DNA of 64,000 nt from Vicugna vicugna (lineage: Eukaryota): assembly GCA_013265495.1 (NCBI GenBank), contig MU058059.1, forward strand, positions 4,193,502 to 4,257,501, given 5' to 3'. Positions 25,071 to 36,990 of this stretch are shown one piece after another (the stretch's first letter is position 1; every line of letters begins with the position of its first letter). Both the position numbers and the translations under genes were made by a program. The notes under the pieces are model-generated. The model saw only the letters and a program-made list of their open reading frames with translations. It did not search any database and had not been told where the DNA came from.

Positions 25071-28000
25071 GAAAAAAAATCTCCAGTAAGAATAGGAAGC
25101 CGTTTCTGTCCATGAAAAACGCCCACAGAGAATTAGAAAGTAAGATAAGGAAGGACTCGGTGTCCACCAAGCTCAGCACCTGTGGGGGGCGCACCACGCA
25201 CCTTCAAGTAAGTGAGCTCCTGAGAAGGCAGGATGCGCTGACTCCAAAGCCCACGGGGTCCCCCCCAGGAGCAGCAATGACCTCTGTGCTCCACATAGCT
25301 GTCCGAGGCAGAACCCCAACATCTGCTACTGCCCACCCCTGCCTGTTACGGGAAAGTCTGGAGGATGGCCTCGGAGCGCAGGCTTGCCCGGGAACGGTCA
25401 GAACCAGCCCCGTGCAGACATCAGAGCCACCTGGAGGCCCAGGTACAAGCCTGCCAGGTGATTCTAATGTGACAGTTCCATCGAGAACCTCGGCTTACAG
25501 CAAATGCAACCCCTGGCCGCCTTGGAGTGTCTGAATCTTGTGCACAACAGAAGCAAGGAAGCAGCTGTGGTTCCTTGACTCACAGGAGGGGCTATAAGAG
25601 CGGGGTTCACAGCATCCCCTTCCTGAAGCCGTGGTGTGAAGAACTGCTCTGCTCCTGAGACCCTAGCGGTTTTCGTCTCAGGGACCCCGTAGTGTTCACA
25701 CCGCTGTTCCCCTCTCTGACCTGCTGCTAAACGCTTGGGGTTTCCCATGAAGCCCCCCTGCTCAAGTCTGCAGGGCCTCGGGTGTTGCACTTTACCCCTG
25801 CATTGACCTGACCCCCTATGCTGTGTTCTCTGTATTATTAGACAGACAGATAGGTGGAGCAGCCACTTTACATCCTATTTGGAGTAAAGTAAGATATAAA
25901 GGAATCAAATACTTATCTTTAATAAAAGTATATATAAATATTTTGTATAAAGCTTTTAACAGCCTTGAAAGCACTGAATTATTAAAGGCTGGTCTCACCA
26001 GTGTAACCAGCATGTAACCAAACTATTAGGTTTGTCCAGCGGAACAAACTGGGAAAAAGTAACAGTAAAATCGTAATAAAGTGAGTGACCAAGCCGACTC
26101 CCTCTCGAGCCACGCTGACTGGCGAGGATCTTGTGCCGGACCAGGTTAGGTCGGGGGTGGCTGCTGATCATCCCACCTCTGATCATCGTTGGGAGCAGGC
26201 GCAGACTTTACTCAAGCCCAGGGAACTCCCGTCCAGAATCATTCTGTAACACGTCACAACGTCACAGATCAGTTACATATTTACCACGACAATCCATTAT
26301 TTCAGCTTGAAAGAACGTATCCCAGAAAATGTGACAAGGCAGGCAGGCTGAGAGGCAGACGTGAAGCCTTGAGCAGCCACAGTTCCTCAGGTCGCGAATA
26401 AGCTAAACGGAAGAACAATCACCATGCTCTCCTCTGTCCTGGGAAAGCGGCTCAAATAAAGGGAAAACACAGTCTAGCCAGAGAGACACAATTCACAAAA
26501 AAACCCACACAGCCGCAAAAAAATTCCCAGCAGTCAGGGCTGATGAGGAGTTCTATGTCGTGAGGTTCAGAAGAAAGAGCGCATTCTGCTTGGAGCTAGA
26601 GCCCACGCCCTCTCTGCTGTTCCTGAAAGCATCGTGTTTCTAGCCGTCCCTCCAGAGGACCCCATCGCTCACAGACGCAGGTCAACAGCAGGCCCGTTGG
26701 TCTGGCTGACCGTTCTGTACGAAGAGGTAATAAAGCCTCATAACCATTTGGGGATTTCTTACAGAAATTCAGGGTCGAAGAACCCAAGGCTTGGGGACAA
26801 ACGAGTAATGAGCAACTTGTCAGTTGTGACATAAGGTACTGAATGTTCTAACTTTTCTATTCAAATAGGCTTGTTAAACATTCAGTTTTCTCTCTGAGTT
26901 TGACTTTCTCCAAATAAAAACACTTCTGGTCCAAGTAAGACTCTTAATAAGAACCTGGATGCCCCTTCACCCACTCGAGCATACTTTCACATCCACTGGA
27001 CTCCAAAAGTACACAGATGGAGGTGAGAAGTAAGAAAAGGCGGACAGCATCACACTCAGTTTTCGCTGGCTCCAGTACTGCAGGAGCCCCTCGGCACGCC
27101 CTAAGACCACTTCAGCACCTTAGCATCTGCTTAACATTCTTCTTCTCCAGATCCCAGTCCCAGGATGACTATAAAACAACACAGCCATAAAAACGTTACC
27201 ACCTAGCCACACAGAACTCCTCGTGTTATGTTTGGATCATGCAAATCACTTGCAAAGAAGAGGGGCAAGCCTTCCAAACGCTGAGCTGAGCAGCACTGCT
27301 TGTAAGTCGTACTTTTTTTTCCCCTAATTTTTAACCCAAACTCCCTCTATGGCAGGAAATTAAGAGGTAACCACTCCCATGGCGAGTGGAAGCCAGGGTT
27401 CTTATTTAAGACTCACCACCCATTCCAGAAGTTTTAGGTCCAATCACGTTTCTCCTTTTCCCCCATCATCTTTCAGCACCCGGGGGTCTGGGCTATGGTG
27501 CCCGGTGTGCGAACCTCCTGCGTGGGGACTGCCGCACCCACGGGGGAGGCCCCACACTGCGGGGACCGGCAGCACGGTTGTCAGGGCAGGGCACTGAGCT
27601 GGAAGTCACGAATGGGGGCTCCTTCACTGGCTCTGCCACTTCTCACCATGCGGCTTCAGACAGACTGTGTACCTTGTCTTCCTTTCGCTTTCTTCACTGG
27701 TAAGATGCAAAAGGGAAGGGAAGAAAGGAGGACAGGACAGGACAGGGCAGAACTCCCCACAGCCCCCAAGCAGAGCTGCGACCACAGAGCAGGTAACACG
27801 CGACATTGTTAGAAGTTATAAAGGGCGATGCTTCATTCTCCCAGTTTTCTCAGTGCTTCCATTCCTTGGAGATGAGAGAGAAGACACGAAGGATCAGGAC
27901 CAGCCCCTGGGGCCCCGGCGGAAGCGGGCGGGGAAAGGGCCCAGGGGATGGGTCCTGGCGCGAGGACCAGACCAGGGCCACTGCCCCAGCGTGTCTGGTT

Positions 28001-30552
28001 CACACGATGGGTCTGAGGGACTCACACCGCCCTCAGGAGCCCAGCTGAGGAGGGAGAGAGCAGGAGGGCGAGGGGGCAGTGCTCGTGGACTGGAGCCCTA
28101 GACAGCGGCCAGTGCAGGTGGCTGGGCAAGGACGAGGCGTGGGGCCCGCTCTGCAGAGCCTGCCCCACCCCGGGCGCGGGCTGGACCTCCTCTGACGGAC
28201 GGGGCATTCTATAGGCAGGAGAGGGGAAAGGCGAGTTCCCAAACAGGGTCCAGGCCTCGTGTCACCAGATCCCTTTAAAACGAGGCTGCCCTGGGGAGGG
28301 GTCTGCGCTTCACTGACCGAGCAGGACTCCTCTCCTCGCCAATATTCAGGCAAATGTTCTGAATTCCCCTGCCTTTCTCATTCTCCTCTTTCTGCGTATC
28401 CCCTGGATCTAAATAACCCACTTCTTCAGCTGGATTTACTTAAAACACAGGTGTACACACAGGCACACACACTCACATTTTCTTTCCCGGTCCATCACCA
28501 CCCTTGGGGTTAAAAATTAGCAAACACAAGCTAAAATGCTGGACATGGTTGGCTCCCCCAAGGGCTTCCCCTCCTGGTGCTTTCTGTGAACAGGAAATAC
28601 AGCTGCACTCACCCCCCATCCTCCCGGGCCTCAGACCCACACACAGACTCGACTCTTTAACCAAGAGCTGGACACACTGGAAGAGCCTTCAGATACACTG
28701 CAGCCCAGAAGTCACACATTCAGCTCTGTACAGAGGACGGGAACCTGCCTGCACTTCCTGGGAGAAGGCTCGACAATGTACAGAGTTGTGGGCCAAATGC
28801 GGTCCGAAAGAGGGGCTACGTATAATTACACCGAACTAAAACCCGAGCTTTCAGCGGACGCCCTCACCGCCTCTTCAGTGGCAGAACACATGCTGCATGT
28901 TTGTGTATGGTAGTTATACGCAGCAAACGTCACTTTTTGTGCTGTTACTCATGTTATTATTATACAGGATGTTACACTTGCTTGTTGGCTCACATTTTCC
29001 AAACATAATCTGAGTTAGACTGTACACTTGGGCTCACAGTCACCGGTTTATTTGTATTTCTTCGTGCCCTGAGTCCTAACTCACAAAACCCTGTGATAAA
29101 GATTTCAGAGGAGACGCGCACGCTGAGAACGTCACGTCACCGTGACGACCGACAACGACTGCAGCACGTGCCCGTGGTGTCAGTGACTCCAGCACCCACG
29201 GCGACGCTTTGCTGCCGTCCGGGGCACGGCAGGCGCGGGCCCGCCGGACTGCTGTGCGGGCCTTCACGCAGGGACTTCGCAGACTAGCAGCACTAACCTG
29301 CGCACAGACTCACTACCTCCTCACTTTACACTCAGCAGGGTGCGTCCCCTTCTGAAACCCCTCCTCCTGCCCTCTGGGCGCCGCCCCATGATGAAGCTCA
29401 CGGCTGGGGGAGTGTATTTTGGTTTCATCACTAAGTTCCTGCGCTAATGCCACTTTTCCTTCCAGGAAGTTTGACTTTTATGAAGTTGGATTCCATTTGT
29501 CTCCCTTCCAAAAGGACTCCTGTTTTTACCCCTAACTTAAAGGGTGCTAACAATCAAAGGTTGCTTACAATTATCTTCATTTTTCTAGGAAAAAAGTGTA
29601 CATGCGGCCAGGACACGGGGGAATTGTCTGGGAGGCCCTGGACACCACGCGGCAGAGCTGTGGGGACAGGGCAGCGCCTGCTGGTGGCATCAGAGCCGTC
29701 TCTCCGGGAGGGACACGCTACGCAGCCCAGCGCCTGGGACGCCTCCTGAAGGCATCGGAGCGAGTCGGACAAGCAGGAGTCAGCACCGGCACTCTAGAGT
29801 CCACGGCAGGTGCGGACACCGGAAAAACCGTCAGACCTGAACCACTGACTGGTCTGCCTTCAGTTACACCGCGCTAGTCACCACCCCAAACCCTCCGGAG
29901 GGGCCAGCCAGGACCCTGCGCCGTGCGGTGCGGGCACGCGGGGACGCGTGGAGCCTGGATGCTGGGACGTGACTCCCAGGTTGCCCACGCTCGGCCGTGG
30001 GGCCCCAGGAACGAGGAGGAGGGATAAGGGCCTCTGAGCCTGGGAGCTGCGCTGGGTCCCTGCAGAGAGAGGAGGGGAGCTGGGCAGCCGGGCCCCGAGC
30101 CCGTGAATGAGCAAAGGCACAATTTCAGAGCCAGACTGCACCCTGCAAGTGGGCTCCAGACAGCCACTCTCATTGTTTCTAAAGGTCAGCAGGTTTTTAA
30201 ACTAAATAGTTGGAACTGGAGGAAATCACGATGTCAGTCATTGTTTATTTTACCATCTTATCTCTCCGCATCTGTGGTCTTCTGGGGCTTAGACTAAATT
30301 TGTTCACTTTTCTGCTGCGTCAATGTATGGAGCTTCTGAATGTGAGAAAACGTTCCAAGTTTTTGCTACTGGAATACAACTTATAAAAATATCAATGTTA
30401 TATAATTTGGAAAATTGAGTAAAAAAGAAATCCTGAAAGAAACTAATCTACTTGTTTCATCTTCATCAAATTTTCCAACACGGTAACATCTGCTCACTCA
30501 ACATCCATTTCACCACCTTGTGCAAACTCGACCTGCATCTAAAATTATACAC

Positions 30553-30700
30553 GGGCGGGGCAGAGCTCAGCAGTAGAGCACGTGCTTAGCGTGCATGAGG
30601 TCCTGGGTTCCATCCCCAGTGCCTCCATTAAAATAAATATATAAATAAATAGATAAACTGAATTACCTCTTCCCCCAAAAAATTAACAAACAATTATAAC
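30553..30700 (+). mobile_element. tRNA-derived SINE, camelid Vic-1-like
   Basis: tRNA-like head with A and B boxes (gggcggggcagagctcagcagtagagcacgtgcttagcgtgcatgaggtcctgggttccatccccagtgcctcc), then ..aattacctcttccccc and an A-rich tail. Confidence 0.85.
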
Positions 30701-31903
30701 TGGAGCGGGGTCAAGTGTCTCTTCACATGTCCCAGCTGTCCCCATCTACACGGCCATACTCAGAGCTCCTGGCAGGCTGGCACCTTCTGTCCCCTGTATC
30801 TGTTTCACATGACTCCTTAAAGGCCAAATGTTCTTTCCAGGAGAGACGCCGTCCTTTGGCAGTGTTTAGGGGGAAGGCACACATGGGACCTCCTATAACC
30901 ATCTTCCCCGAGAATTACAACAGAGATGCTAAGAGGGACAGCTTCCCAGAGGGCGGCCCCAGTGTCCAGCCCAGCCAGCACCCTCCTTTCCGTCTCAGGA
31001 TGCACAGCCTTCGCAGCTCAGCCACACAGGTCAGCCCCCCACCCCAACGTGTCCCCTGGCCCGGGGACCACCATGTCCAGAAGCTCTGGCTGGCCCTGGG
31101 GCAGCCAAGAGCTACATGGCCAGTGTGGGAAGAGGAGCTCTGCTGCCTCTCCAGTCAGAGCACTGAAGACTCTCCGGGGAGTGACTAACGCCCAGCGAGG
31201 TCACTCGGGGGCTTGGCCACAGAACCAGGGTGTCCGAAGGGGACACTCCCTGCACCGGATTCACCAGAACTCTCGACGGAGGAGGCGGGCGGGAAGGACC
31301 TGTGTCCAGCAGTCATGGGCCTTCCGAGAGCCTGAGAGGAGGCACCTGTCAGAAAGTCACTTGTCACTGTCAGCGGACAGGTATGTCTGATGGGAGAGTC
31401 ATTCAGGTCACACATCTTTGGGAGGCAGGAGAGGATGCCGGGAACAAACCCTCAGTAGCTCCCTTGAGCTAATTCAGCAACTCGGGGACCCAGACCAACC
31501 TACTGAGTTGAGTCAACTGTACAGTTAAACGGATACAGAAAACGCTTCTTAAGCGTGTTCTTCCGCTGATGACGTCAGTCTTTGTTTTATCGGGAAGCTC
31601 TAACCCCCGAAGCAGTTCATCAGAAACGTCTCGGTATCCAAGGGAGGAGAGAGAGCCCTCCAGAGGCAAGCAGTCAGCTCGTTCTGGCCCAGCCTGGTCC
31701 AATGCCGGGATGCCTGCTGTTACCACCCTGTGGCTGGACGAACGGCCAGCCAGAGGGCACATCAACGTTCTGCGTTAAACTGAAGAGCAGAGTTTAGAAG
31801 TACCTGTGCAGCCCAATTGCGCCAAGCACACGGTGACTTCAACAGGCGGGAAACCTCCTCCCTTTACACACACACACACACCCCTTGCAAGTGTGGATAC
31901 TAT

Positions 31904-32101
31904 TAGGGTTGCCAGATTTAGCAAAGAAAACATGCAGGGATGCAATTAAATCTGTATTTCAAATTTTAAATTTTAAAAAAGTGAAAAGTTTAATTTTTTG
32001 GTAGAAGTACGTTGCATGCAACTTGGGACAAAACTGTACTAAAGATTATTTGTTGTTTATCTGAAATTCACATTTAACTGGCCCTCCTGCATTTTTCCCT
32101 A
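31904..32101. mobile_element. MER53-like palindromic hAT MITE
   Basis: Starts tagggttgccagattta; inverted arms ttaaatctgtatttca.. / ..tgttgtttatctgaaattcacatttaactgg..cctgcattttt match the recalled MER53 consensus. Confidence 0.85.
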
Positions 32102-32464
32102 GGGGTCACGATTATCGCATATACACATGGCTGTACAGGCTGTGTGTAACTTGAATGTTATTTTTGGAGATTTTGACTCTGTGGAGGAGAGGGTTGAGAG
32201 AAAGAACAAATCTATAGGCTAAATAAGAATTGAGAGCAAAAAAGTCCCTGAAAATTACAGGGAAAAAAGTATCCACTTTCTCCCAACCATATGTACTTCC
32301 TGAGATAAACAGAGAGCTTAGATATTTTTAAAAATAATATTGCAAGTGAAAACTGTCTCAGCAGCATGTTGGCGCCGACACTGTCTGAGTCCTGCTGACA
32401 GTCCTGTCACAGGCCTCACAGTTAGGAGGCATTAGAGCTGCACCGAGGACACATGCAAGAGAAA

Positions 32465-32652
32465 ATCATATATATATGGATAACACGTAACATTATATAC
32501 TATGTGTATATGTATGTACATGTATGTGTTGTGTGCTGTATGTGTGCATGTGGACACATGTATTATGTGCTGTATGTGCACACATGCACACATGTACATA
32601 CACATATGTAGACACATATGTATACATAAATATGTGTAAATAAATTATATAT
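32465..32652. repeat. Degenerate (TA)/(TG)/(CA) low-complexity repeat
   Basis: tatgtgtata, tgtgtgcatg and cacatgtaca runs. Confidence 0.85.
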
Positions 32653-33218
32653 AAACTCTGACAAACATTTGGCAAAATAACCTGAACCTATTCCTCATTT
32701 GTAAGGTGGGAAAACAAAATCGATCTCTTAGGATATTGCTGTATTAGAAGAAATAATAAAAATAAAAAGTCTTTGTGAAATGTGAAAATAAATACTCTTC
32801 TTAATACATTAATGAGAAATTTAAACACCGGAAGTTTAACGAGCACGCGCTTCTCCCACAGCCCCCTCTACACCACTCCTGCAAGGGCACTCACACCCAG
32901 CACAGGGGAGCATCCCCAGAGGTACACCTGTGTCCCAGGTTTAAAGTTCCAGGCCTTTAAGAAAAAAATTCAGAAAGGACACTGCCAGTTGCAAATCAAA
33001 CACCGACAGCCCTTCACGGAAGAGGAAGTTGTGACAATTGTCCAGAGGCTCCTCTCGGCCACACTAGGGTCCAAGCTGTCTTAACATCACTCCCCTTAAA
33101 GAAAATTCTAGCTGCAAGGATTCGGAAGCCCCTTTCAAACAGTACGACAGTTTCAGGCTCCCATTTCAAGCCCTCCGTCGCTCCAACCCCGACCCCCACA
33201 TTCTAGCGCCACGCGTAT

Positions 33219-33783
33219 CCGGGTGACTCGTTATTCGCAGCAGTGATGTTCCACATGGATTTGCGTAATGCCGACCGCTGCTCCTGGGGAAACAGCGTCC
33301 TGGGAGCCTCTGGTTACAGCATTTCCATCAACTAATCGATACATAACCTGTTCAAAGGCACCTTATCCAACACACACAGTAGACTCATTAGCATGGAACT
33401 CACAGCCAACAGCCCCGGGGCTCCTGCCCACACGCAGCTTCCCTGATAGACGTGCTTCCTCCTTAAGGCACGTTCCAGCCTTCTCGCCCTCGGACCCGGG
33501 ACCCGGGCAGCGCCTCAGCCCGCCCATGGGGCCGTTCTCAACGGCAGAAGCACCAACACGAAGAACAGAAACGCGTCCGGCTCGGCTCGACACAGCCTGC
33601 GGCCCGGACACCTGCTCACGTCCGCTGAGCCGGAAGTACACCCTCACCTCGCCGCCCTCGGCTGGGGGCGGGGCCGCCGCGCCCACGTGCGCAGGGATGA
33701 CCCCGACAGCGCGGGTCACAGGTCAATTTCAGCCGGTAGGCGGGTTCACAATTACGGAATCTGCCAATAATGAGGATCAACTG
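33219..33783. mobile_element. TcMar-Tigger non-autonomous DNA transposon (Tigger13a-like)
   Basis: Degenerate TIRs (gactcgttattcgcag ... ctgccaataatgaggatcaactg, followed by TA). The internal gctcctggggaaac..gagcctctggttacagcatttccatcaactaatcgatacataacc matches the recalled Tigger13a consensus. Confidence 0.75.
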
Positions 33784-35379
33784 TATTTAGACTTTGGAAC
33801 GTGTTCTAAAAAGCTAAGCACCCTTTAACGTTACCAGCCAGAGAGCACACTTCTGGATTATGGAGCTGCTTATTTTGCTTTCTGTCGTATCGCCAGTTCT
33901 TAACGTACTAGTGGCAAACAGCAACGCCGCACCAGCGTTTGTCAGGTGAATGAGTGGGTCGGCCGCTCAGCACCTCCTCCTGCCCCCTCGATGCCGTCCT
34001 TCCCTCCCGCGGCAGGCTGTCTGTGAATTAACACAGCGGACGTGTTCCTCCAGATTCTGCTGGGGCGCTACACCCCAAGTCCAAAAAAACAGCAAAACGC
34101 TGGGCCCACAAATATTTAAAATTCCCCAGGTCACCATTCCCCAAGCCCCTCCCTCCTTCCAAGGAGCTGGGACCCCCTCTCCAAACGAAGAAGCCCCGCC
34201 AGCGCTCAGAAGCCTGCTCTTGCTCCCCGCTGCCTGCGCACGAGCCGAGAGCCCTCGGCAGCCCTGGCTGCTGCGCATTCGACGAGCAGCACGTGGCTGA
34301 CGGACGGGACCGTCCCTGCGCTTTAAAGGCGGACGCAGCGCCCGGCGGCCATCAGTGTGGGCCTCTCACAGCGTGGACGGGTGTCTGTGCGACACGTTCT
34401 CAGGGACGAGCCGCCGGCAGAGCACAGGCCTTCCTAACAGGCTGGCCGCTGAACGAGCCTGGCGGGACCCTCAGCTCCGGACCGCCCGCCTGCCAGCAAG
34501 TGCAGGGCGGGGCAAGGGGAGGCGGGGGAGGCGGCGCTGCGAGCCACTCCGCCAGCCCCTCTCCAGCCCTCAGTCCGACACAGCGGTGACTCCCCTTCTG
34601 AGCCCCTTAGTTCTGCGAGGCGGTGGCTCCAGGGAGGCGGAGACAGGGACCTTACAGAGCAGCGGCTGCCTGTAGCCCCCGGGGCAATGCGCAAACACGC
34701 CGAGGACAGGACGGCCGGAGCCGGGCTTACAGGCTCCTGTGCAGTAAATGCGGGGCCTCTTCAGGAAACCGAGTTGCCGTAAATGCGCTCTCTCCTCCGT
34801 TCTCCTGCAGAGCGCGCCGGCCCCCCAGCGGGACCCCTTCCCCTGGAAGCAGCCATCCTGCACGGCAGTATTACGTTTTCACCAGCAAACAGAGGCCACA
34901 ATTCTGCTCTCACGCACCGTCTTGGCCAGGCCCCATGCGGGACACTCCGAGCTGCCCTGTTTCCCAGCGCGGGTCCCCTACCAGCGCTGCCTGGGGTCCT
35001 GCCTGCTCCGTAGGGTCTCTGGTCGCTGCTCTCTGAGGGTGCACCTGCTCAGGCCAGGGACTGATTCTGACACCACACTTTGCTGGACAGTGCACTGAGG
35101 GGGAGGGAGGGAAGCAAGCCAGAGACAGGGAGAAGCTGGGGGGTGATGAGGCAGCAGGGGCTCAAGACGATGCCAAGGAAGGTTTGGAGCTGAGACAGCA
35201 GATGCCCCAGAAAAGGGCAGGAGAGCCCCGCCATGGCCACTCCTCGAAATGGGGGCCACAGCCACCATCAGGAGGGAGCCTCAGCCCTGGTCAGTCGCCA
35301 CCAATGGAAGGACATGGCTGTGAGCCCTTGGCCACCAACTCTCCAAACGACGGAGCATCAGTGCCTCGATCTTCAAGAC

Positions 35380-35483
35380 ACGTGTGCCTGTGTGTGCACG
35401 TGTATGCCTTTGTGTGTGCGTGCATGTTGTGCGCGTGTGCGCACACATGGGTGCGCACGTGTGTGCACGTATGTGTGTGTGTG
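35380..35483. repeat. Degenerate TG/CA/CG alternating purine-pyrimidine repeat
   Basis: acgtgtgcctgtgtgtgcacgtgtatg..gtgcgcacgtgtgtgcacgtatgtgtgtgtgtg. Confidence 0.8.
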
Positions 35484-35589
35484 CTGGTGGCGGGGCCTGA
35501 CCCAGCACCGCAGGTCCACCTCAGGGGAGGTAAGATATGCCCCATAAGGCGGCAGCACCACTTTGCTGGACGCCCCTGCATTTTATTTT

Positions 35590-35763
35590 TTAATTTTCTT
35601 TTTTATTGAAGTGTAGTTGATTTACAACATTAGATTCAGGTGTTCAGCAAAGCAATTCAGCTCTACATATATACATATTTTTCAGATCATTTTCCATTAT
35701 ATGTTTTTACAAGTCATTGAATATAGTTCCCTGTGCTAGACAGTAGGTCCTTGTTGTTCATCT
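35590..35763 (-). mobile_element. Short L1 3' end with a perfect 14-bp target-site duplication
   Basis: ttttattgaagtgtagttgatttacaa..aatatagttccctgtgct, flanked by ctgcattttatttt at 35576-35589 and 35764-35777. Confidence 0.9.
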
Positions 35764-35792
35764 CTGCATTTTATTTTATTTTTTTAAATCAT

Positions 35793-35936
35793 TCTTTTTT
35801 ATTAATTTATTTTACTTATGTTTGGGGGGAGGCAATTAGGTTTATGTATTTATTTTTTATTAACGGAGGCACTGGATTGAATCCAGGACTTCATGCATGC
35901 TAGGTGTGTGCTCTGCCACTGAGCTACACCCTCCCC
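35793..35936 (-). mobile_element. tRNA-derived SINE, camelid Vic-1-like
   Basis: Minus strand reads ggggagggtgtagctcagtggcagagcacacacctagcatgcatgaagtcctggattcaatccagtgcctcc..aaacctaattgcctcccccc, then an A tail. Confidence 0.88.
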
Positions 35937-36499
35937 TATCCCTGCATGTTGGAAGAGCAATGTTTATTTTGCAGAGGCCACTAAATCCAAAGGAACCCCA
36001 TCTGACGGGGAAGAGGGTGACACTCCTTTGACCAGATGCCAAGGGAAACTGTAAGCCCAAGTGTGGCTGGCCAGGCTGCAGGGGGAGGAATAAGAAAGAG
36101 GCCATCTCTGTGACCCGAGGCCACTCGGGGACACATGTGCCCAGGCCCCAGGTGTTCCTCCTGCAGGTCTGCACCTTGGAGCAGGGCCTCCAGACCAGCC
36201 CACACTGTGCTGCCTGCAGAGGTCACCAGCCTAATGTGTCACCTCCCTCGGGCTCCAGGCCACCCGAAGAGGAGGACCATGGGTTTCCCCAAAGATTCCG
36301 TAAAGTGTGCACAGCAGGATATATATTTAGGTAAAATTAATTTAAAAAATCAGTGGAGAGAGTGAGAACAGAAAGGAAGGAGGAGAGAAAAAGGAATGAG
36401 AATGGAGGGCTGGAGGGGTACCACACGTGAGCTGGCCGGGCAAAAGGACCAGCGTGGCAGTCACGTGGCTCCACACCCAGCCAGCCCCCCACCTCAGGT

Positions 36500-36574
36500 G
36501 CTCAGGGAAGCTCGCTCAGGGAAGCTCGCTCAGGGAAGCTCGCTCAGGGCTGCTGCTCAGGGACGCTCGCTCAG
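36500..36574. repeat. 14-bp tandem repeat (gctcagggaagctc), about 5.4 copies
   Basis: Three perfect units, two variant units and a partial unit. Confidence 0.93.
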
Positions 36575-36864
36575 TGAACAGGAGAAACCCAGCACCCTGA
36601 GGACCAGCCTCCTAGGGAGTGTTTTCTCTGCTTAATGCTGAGGAAATACCCTAAAAAGCGGTGTAAAGTACAACTGGCCGCTTCCACTGCCCTAAGGTAG
36701 CCAGGAAACATGCAAAACCCCTCCCTTGCTTTTCACTCTGTATTAATTTTATAATAAAAATAGTCGAATGGGGGAAATGCCTGGGGTGGGTAAACTGAAT
36801 TATTGATATTAGAAGCTTTCACTCATTGAATCAATTTTTTTTAATGTTCATTTCAGGAATTATT

Positions 36865-36990
36865 CATGAACCTCTCTCTCCACTTCCTTTTCTGTAAAAT
36901 ATAAATAATACCAGTTCCTATCTCACAGGGGTGTCGCAGGGACTCACTAAGTTACTGCCTGGAAAGCCTGGGAGAGCAGCCTGGCCAAGC
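36865..36990. mobile_element. MIR remnant
   Basis: MIR core-like text ttccttttctgtaaaat..ataataccagttcctatctcacaggggtgtcgcaggga. Similar remnants lie near 22570-22710, 32680-32780, 40570-40700, 43510-43600, 51470-51600 and 58900-58990. Confidence 0.6.

Noticed and set aside
30553..30628. tRNA-Ala gene (also 35866-35936 and 41945-42017)
   Set aside because: Stems are degenerate and each is followed by a shared SINE body and A tail, so these are SINE heads.
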